From: Candidatus Saccharimonadota bacterium
Lineage (GTDB): Bacteria > Patescibacteriota > Saccharimonadia > UBA4664
Assembly (NCBI GenBank): GCA_019352195.1
Contig: JACAFG010000002.1
Span: 167,820-231,819, forward strand
DNA: 64,000 nt
Reading direction: 5' to 3'
Of the stretch, positions 57,607-64,000 are shown in pieces. The notes under the pieces are model-generated. The model ran no database searches. It was not told where the DNA came from and saw nothing but the letters and a program-made list of their open reading frames with translations. Within the stretch, counting starts at the first letter, position 1. Each line of letters starts with the position of its first letter. The position numbers and the translations under genes are program-made.

Positions 57607-59136
57607 TTAAGCTCCTCCTTGGTAATCGTGGCGTATCAGCTTAATTTCGGCGGCTAGCTGGCGGTTGCGGAAGTAGAAGAAGATGGCCAGCGCGCTAAAG
57701 ACTAAGACGATGGTGGTGGCAGTTCCGGCACCGGTGGCAGGCAACTGAGCTGCGGCGGTTTCTATTTGCTTGGGCAGTGGTGGTGTAACGTGGACCTGAA
57801 CGGCATTGCCGTAGACGTTATCCATGCGCAAATCAAAGCTAAACGGGTCTGATAGCCCAGCTGGCGTTGAAGGTACCGGGTCTTTGACGGTGACGGTGAA
57901 AGTTTTGGTGATGGTTTGGCCGGGAGCAATGGTGACAGGGTTCCAGGTGAGGATGCCGTCTTTGTCCACCAGGCCGCCGTCAGAGTCGCTGACATTGGCA
58001 TATTCGAGAATATCGGCTAGGTGCTCGACGACGGTGTAGCTGTCCGATACGCCGCCAATATTGGTGGTGGTGAGACTATACATTATTCGGTCGCCGGGGT
58101 TGGCGCTTTTGGTGGTAGCGTCAACATTTTGCGTGAGATTGAGGGCTGACTTGTGCTTCGTGAACGCGGCCGGGGTTGGGGTGACAACAACCTTATAGGT
58201 ACAAGGTGCGATCACGGGCGTGGTGGTTCCGAGCGAACCCGTAACCGTGAGAGCGGCGGTAAAGGTGCCGGCTGTTTTGTAAGTATGGGTCGCGGTCCGG
58301 GAGGCCCCACTGGCCGGTGTCGACGAATCGCCAAAGTCGAAGGTGTACTTGGTAATCGTTTGGCCACTTGAGCTGCCTTCGCCGGTGTAATTAACGGTAA
58401 GCGGGGCGGTACCCGAGATAACGTTGCCAGTGAGCTGGACGCACGCCAAGGTGGGCTTGGGACTTGGGGTTGGAGTGGGAGTAACTTTGGGGGTGGCGGT
58501 TGGTTTAGGGGTGGGGGTTGGCGCTTTGGTTGGCGTTGGGGTGGGCTTGGGCGTGGGGGTGGGAGTAGGCGGGGGAGTAGGGAACTTCTTAAACACCACG
58601 TTGCCGCAGCGGAACATGATAGCGAAATATTGGCCGGAGGCAGTAGTGCCCTGGAGGACGTCGTAATTTGAACCACTTTGGACGTTGCCACCGGTATCAA
58701 ACTGGTACAAATACCGGGCATAGTACTCATGCGAGCCAACGGTAAAGGCTCGGTCGCTTGCCGCGTGCTGGATACGCCCAACTGAATTGAGTGACTTATC
58801 GCGAGTATTAATGGTTACTTTGGTAGAAGCTGCGATATCGGCCCGTGAGATGCCGAAGTATTTGTAGAGGGCTTGGAGTTCGGCGGAGCTGTCGTATTTG
58901 TTGAGCAAGTCGGCCTTGGAGACGTAGCCGCCATAAATAATGTCGTTGGGTGAGGCTGCGTTTACGTTGGCAGGGGGAGCGGCAATCGTTGAAAACTGGA
59001 GCAACACAATAAGAACAGCACCAATGGCCGAAAAGACACGCGTAACCTTTTCTTTGGCTAATCGTCGGGCATAAAACGATAGTTGAGCCGAAGCGTGAGG
59101 GGAAAACGACAGTGCGGACACGATATCTTTAAACAT
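57607..59136 (-). CDS. surface protein with PT linker, PKD domain, DUF11-like Ig domain and LPxTG-like anchor
   Basis: PT repeats, GTAPLTV...FDFGD...HTY...G.FTA.LTV, A.PGD.I.Y.L...N.G and LPATG + TM + basic tail. Confidence 0.8.
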   Translation of the reverse strand: MFKDIVSALSFSPHASAQLSFYARRLAKEKVTRVFSAIGAVLIVLLQFSTIAAPPANVNAASPNDIIYGGYVSKADLLNKYDSSAELQALYKYFGISRADIAASTKVTINTRDKSLNSVGRIQHAASDRAFTVGSHEYYARYLYQFDTGGNVQSGSNYDVLQGTTASGQYFAIMFRCGNVVFKKFPTPPPTPTPTPKPTPTPTKAPTPTPKPTATPKVTPTPTPSPKPTLACVQLTGNVISGTAPLTVNYTGEGSSSGQTITKYTFDFGDSSTPASGASRTATHTYKTAGTFTAALTVTGSLGTTTPVIAPCTYKVVVTPTPAAFTKHKSALNLTQNVDATTKSANPGDRIMYSLTTTNIGGVSDSYTVVEHLADILEYANVSDSDGGLVDKDGILTWNPVTIAPGQTITKTFTVTVKDPVPSTPAGLSDPFSFDLRMDNVYGNAVQVHVTPPLPKQIETAAAQLPATGAGTATTIVLVFSALAIFFYFRNRQLAAEIKLIRHDYQGGA

Positions 59137-59242
59137 TAGCGTTATCATACAACCAATTGATGCCTGTTGCCAACCGGTTCCAACAATTGAAGGCGCGCAA
59201 GACGACGCCCCAACCGGCAGGCGTCGGTTGGGGCGGGAAGGT

Positions 59243-59995
59243 CTAGTGCTTGGTTTCGAGTTCGAGTTGGGTGACGGCGGTCCGAATGGCGGCGGCAATA
59301 ATGACAACAGCCTGGGTGCTGGTACCACCGAAGTCGAAGGTGCGCCAAGGTTTGCGGTCGCGTTGATTCGGGACTGCCAGTTGCCATTTGTGGAGGTTGT
59401 CGGGCAATGGATAGAATACATAGGCAGAATACGGCAGCCCGAGCCTGATGTAAGACCCGTCGTCGGCTACTACGGTGGCAGGCCACCAAGCTTCAACTTG
59501 TTCACCCACCTGGGCGACGAACTCCTTGTAGCGGCGACGATATAAAGCGGCGTACCAACTGTCGAAAACAACGATACCGCCGATGGCGATGAGCACGCCG
59601 ACGGCGACCGCAAAATCGCGATGGGCGAGCCCCCTAACCGTATCGAAGACGGCTAGTCCCAGAAAGAACGCACCAACGAGTGACATGTAGGCGGCGGTCA
59701 GGTAGACAGCGCCGCCAATGATCTGGAGCGAGCCGTCATAGGCATCGGTAGGATTGCCACCAAATAGCAACATGGCCATCGCAAGGCCGAGTATTGTCAG
59801 GGCCGTTACGGCGGCGCAAATGAGCAGGAGCCACCCGAAATGTGCCCAATACCATTGCATCGGCGCGGTACGAATGGCCGGTGATAGAAACAGCCAGGCA
59901 ATGCCCGCAATGATGAAGGCGACGGTGAATATCGTGACGACGCGTGCCGTAAGGCGGACGCAGCGGGCGGGGAGGGAAAAGATATTGGTTGTCAT
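59243..59995 (-). CDS. hypothetical membrane protein
   Basis: Four TM segments plus a soluble C-terminus. SD GGAGAG before MTTNIF. Confidence 0.6.
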   Translation of the reverse strand: MTTNIFSLPARCVRLTARVVTIFTVAFIIAGIAWLFLSPAIRTAPMQWYWAHFGWLLLICAAVTALTILGLAMAMLLFGGNPTDAYDGSLQIIGGAVYLTAAYMSLVGAFFLGLAVFDTVRGLAHRDFAVAVGVLIAIGGIVVFDSWYAALYRRRYKEFVAQVGEQVEAWWPATVVADDGSYIRLGLPYSAYVFYPLPDNLHKWQLAVPNQRDRKPWRTFDFGGTSTQAVVIIAAAIRTAVTQLELETKH

Positions 59996-60214
59996 GGTTC
60001 TTCTCTCCGAACGTGAACGGGACGAGTTGACCATACGATACCACATTTGTCATGAGTTATCAATAATTTAGATGGTGATGAATTTGGTCGCCAAGCCACA
60101 GCTAGCGCTAATGTTAAATGAGAGAGTTGCCTGTCATCTGGCAAAAGCGTTATAATGGTTGCAATGGTGAGCTTACGAGCTCGTTTTTGTTGGACTAAAT
60201 GGTGGTAATACTGA

Positions 60215-62320
<2,106 letters not shown>

Positions 62321-62329
62321 GGAACTATC

Positions 62330-64000
62330 ATGGACGACGAAACTCTCGATATTACCCCCAACGAACCAGAAGAGATTCCGGCTGATCAGCTTGATAGCCT
62401 GGAGAATCCGCTAGAAGCCCCAACGATTCAAAAGACTGAGTTTGGTACGATTCGTCTGCAAAAACTTGAGTTTGAGATGGAAGACAGCTACCTCAAGTAC
62501 GCCATGAGCGTAATTGTCGCGCGCGCTCTCCCGGATGTGCGCGACGGTCTCAAGCCGGTACACCGCCGTATTCTCCACGTTATGAACCTGATGGGTCTGC
62601 GCCACACCTCGAAGTTTCAGAAGAGCGCCCAGGTAGTTGGTCGCGTGATGGGTGAATTCCACCCGCATGGTGACACCGCTATTTACGATTCCATGGTGCG
62701 TATGGCGCAGCCGTTTAGTTATCGTTACCCGCTCGTTGATGGCCAGGGAAACTTTGGCTCCATGGACGGCGATCCACCGGCAGCCTACCGCTACACCGAG
62801 GCCCGCATGCAGAGTCTCACCGACGAAATGCTGGCTGACATTGAAAAAGAGACGGTTGATTTCCGCCCTAGCTATGATGGCAGTAAGAAAGAGCCAGTGG
62901 TGCTCCCGGCCAAGCTGCCAAACCTGCTCTTAAATGGTCAGGTTGGTATTGCGGTGGGCATGGCGACTAATATTCCGCCCCACAACCTAACTGAGCTTAT
63001 TGATGGCATTGTCGAACTGATCGACAATCCCGAAGCCGGTCTCGACGAGCTGATGAAGCACGTAAAGGGTCCAGATTTTCCGACGGGCGGAACCATTTTT
63101 GGCGCTGACAGTATTCGCCAGGCGTATGGTACGGGTAAAGGCTCAATTGTCGTTCGCGCTAAGGCCGAAATTGTGGAAGACAAAAAAGGAAATCCACAAA
63201 TTGTAGTGACCGAAATTCCCTATGCGGTTAACAAATCAACCTTGATGGAAAAAATTGCTGAGCTTCATCACGAAAAGCGCATTGTGGGCATTGCTGACAT
63301 GCGTGATGAAAGTTCTCAACGTGGCGATAACAAGAATCTCACGGGTGGCGTGCGGATTGTTATTGATATCAAAAAAGACGGCTTTCCCAACAAGATTTTG
63401 AACCAGTTATATAAGATGACACCGCTACAAAGCGCCTTCCACGTCAACATGCTGGCACTCGTCGACAATGGTCGCCAGCCGCGCGTCCTGAGTTTGGAAA
63501 TGATTTTGCGGGAATACCTCAAGCATCGTCAGACGGTGGTTCGCCGTCGTACCGAGTTTGAACTGCGCAAAGCCCGTGAACAGGCGCACATTTTAGAAGG
63601 CTTAAAGATTGCGCTTGATCATATCGACGAGGTCATTCGCATTATTCGCGCCTCTCAGACAACTGAGGAAGCGCGCACGAACCTCATGACTAATTTTGGC
63701 CTTAGCGAGTTGCAAGCCGCCGCCATTTTGGCGATGCAGCTGCGACGTTTGGCTGGACTTGAGCGCAAAAAGATTGAAGACGATTTGGCTGCCTTGTTGA
63801 AGCTCATCGCTGAACTCGAAGGTATTTTGAGCTCCGAGTCCGAAATTCTCAAAGTTGTTCGTGCCGAGTGTGAAGAGATGAAAGCCAAGTATGGCGACGA
63901 GCGACGCACGCAAATCGTGGGATCAGAAATCGGCAAGTTCAGCGAAGAAGAGCTGGTACCAAACGAGCAAGTGATTATTACCCTCACCCATGGCGGCTAC
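62330..64000 (+). CDS. gyrA: DNA gyrase subunit A (3'-truncated by window edge)
   Basis: Read from the sequence (absent from the ORF track): MDDETLD...[42 protein letters not shown] and [14 protein letters not shown]. Confidence 0.97.
   Translation, partial: MDDETLDITPNEPEEIPADQLDSLENPLEAPTIQKTEFGTIRLQKLEFEMEDSYLKYAMSVIVARALPDVRDGLKPVHRRILHVMNLMGLRHTSKFQKSAQVVGRVMGEFHPHGDTAIYDSMVRMAQPFSYRYPLVDGQGNFGSMDGDPPAAYRYTEARMQSLTDEMLADIEKETVDFRPSYDGSKKEPVVLPAKLPNLLLNGQVGIAVGMATNIPPHNLTELIDGIVELIDNPEAGLDELMKHVKGPDFPTGGTIFGADSIRQAYGTGKGSIVVRAKAEIVEDKKGNPQIVVTEIPYAVNKSTLMEKIAELHHEKRIVGIADMRDESSQRGDNKNLTGGVRIVIDIKKDGFPNKILNQLYKMTPLQSAFHVNMLALVDNGRQPRVLSLEMILREYLKHRQTVVRRRTEFELRKAREQAHILEGLKIALDHIDEVIRIIRASQTTEEARTNLMTNFGLSELQAAAILAMQLRRLAGLERKKIEDDLAALLKLIAELEGILSSESEILKVVRAECEEMKAKYGDERRTQIVGSEIGKFSEEELVPNEQVIITLTHGGY

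Noticed and set aside
58460-58585. Pro-Thr tandem repeats
   Set aside because: An ordinary coding linker of the PKD surface protein.

Overview
Chromosomal 64 kb window from a small-genome bacterium. Gene content and style suggest Patescibacteria/CPR, probably Saccharimonadia (inference). Housekeeping genes are ssrA, smpB, argS, trpS, pheS, pheT, gyrB, gyrA, rmuC, a UvrD-nuclease fusion and tRNA-Pro. They are interleaved with envelope and glycosylation genes (GT2, GT4, GT-C, Pmt, LCP, CHAP, L,D-transpeptidase, PilB) and accessory genes (acyl-CoA desaturase, trehalase plus ROK kinase, class II photolyase). The most notable items are four. (1) A stand-alone retron-type reverse transcriptase at 40038-40976 preceded by a ~430-nt inverted-repeat-closed, multi-hairpin ncRNA, with no effector gene. 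(2) A ~600-nt promoter-to-terminator non-coding unit at 44489-45092 built from three ~170-180-nt units that conserve hairpin architecture but little sequence, with clustered GACCA motifs. (3) A second orphan structured transcript at ~505-860. (4) Apparently widespread leaderless genes, with a -10 box exactly 6 nt before the ATG. No CRISPR array, transposase or integrase was seen.
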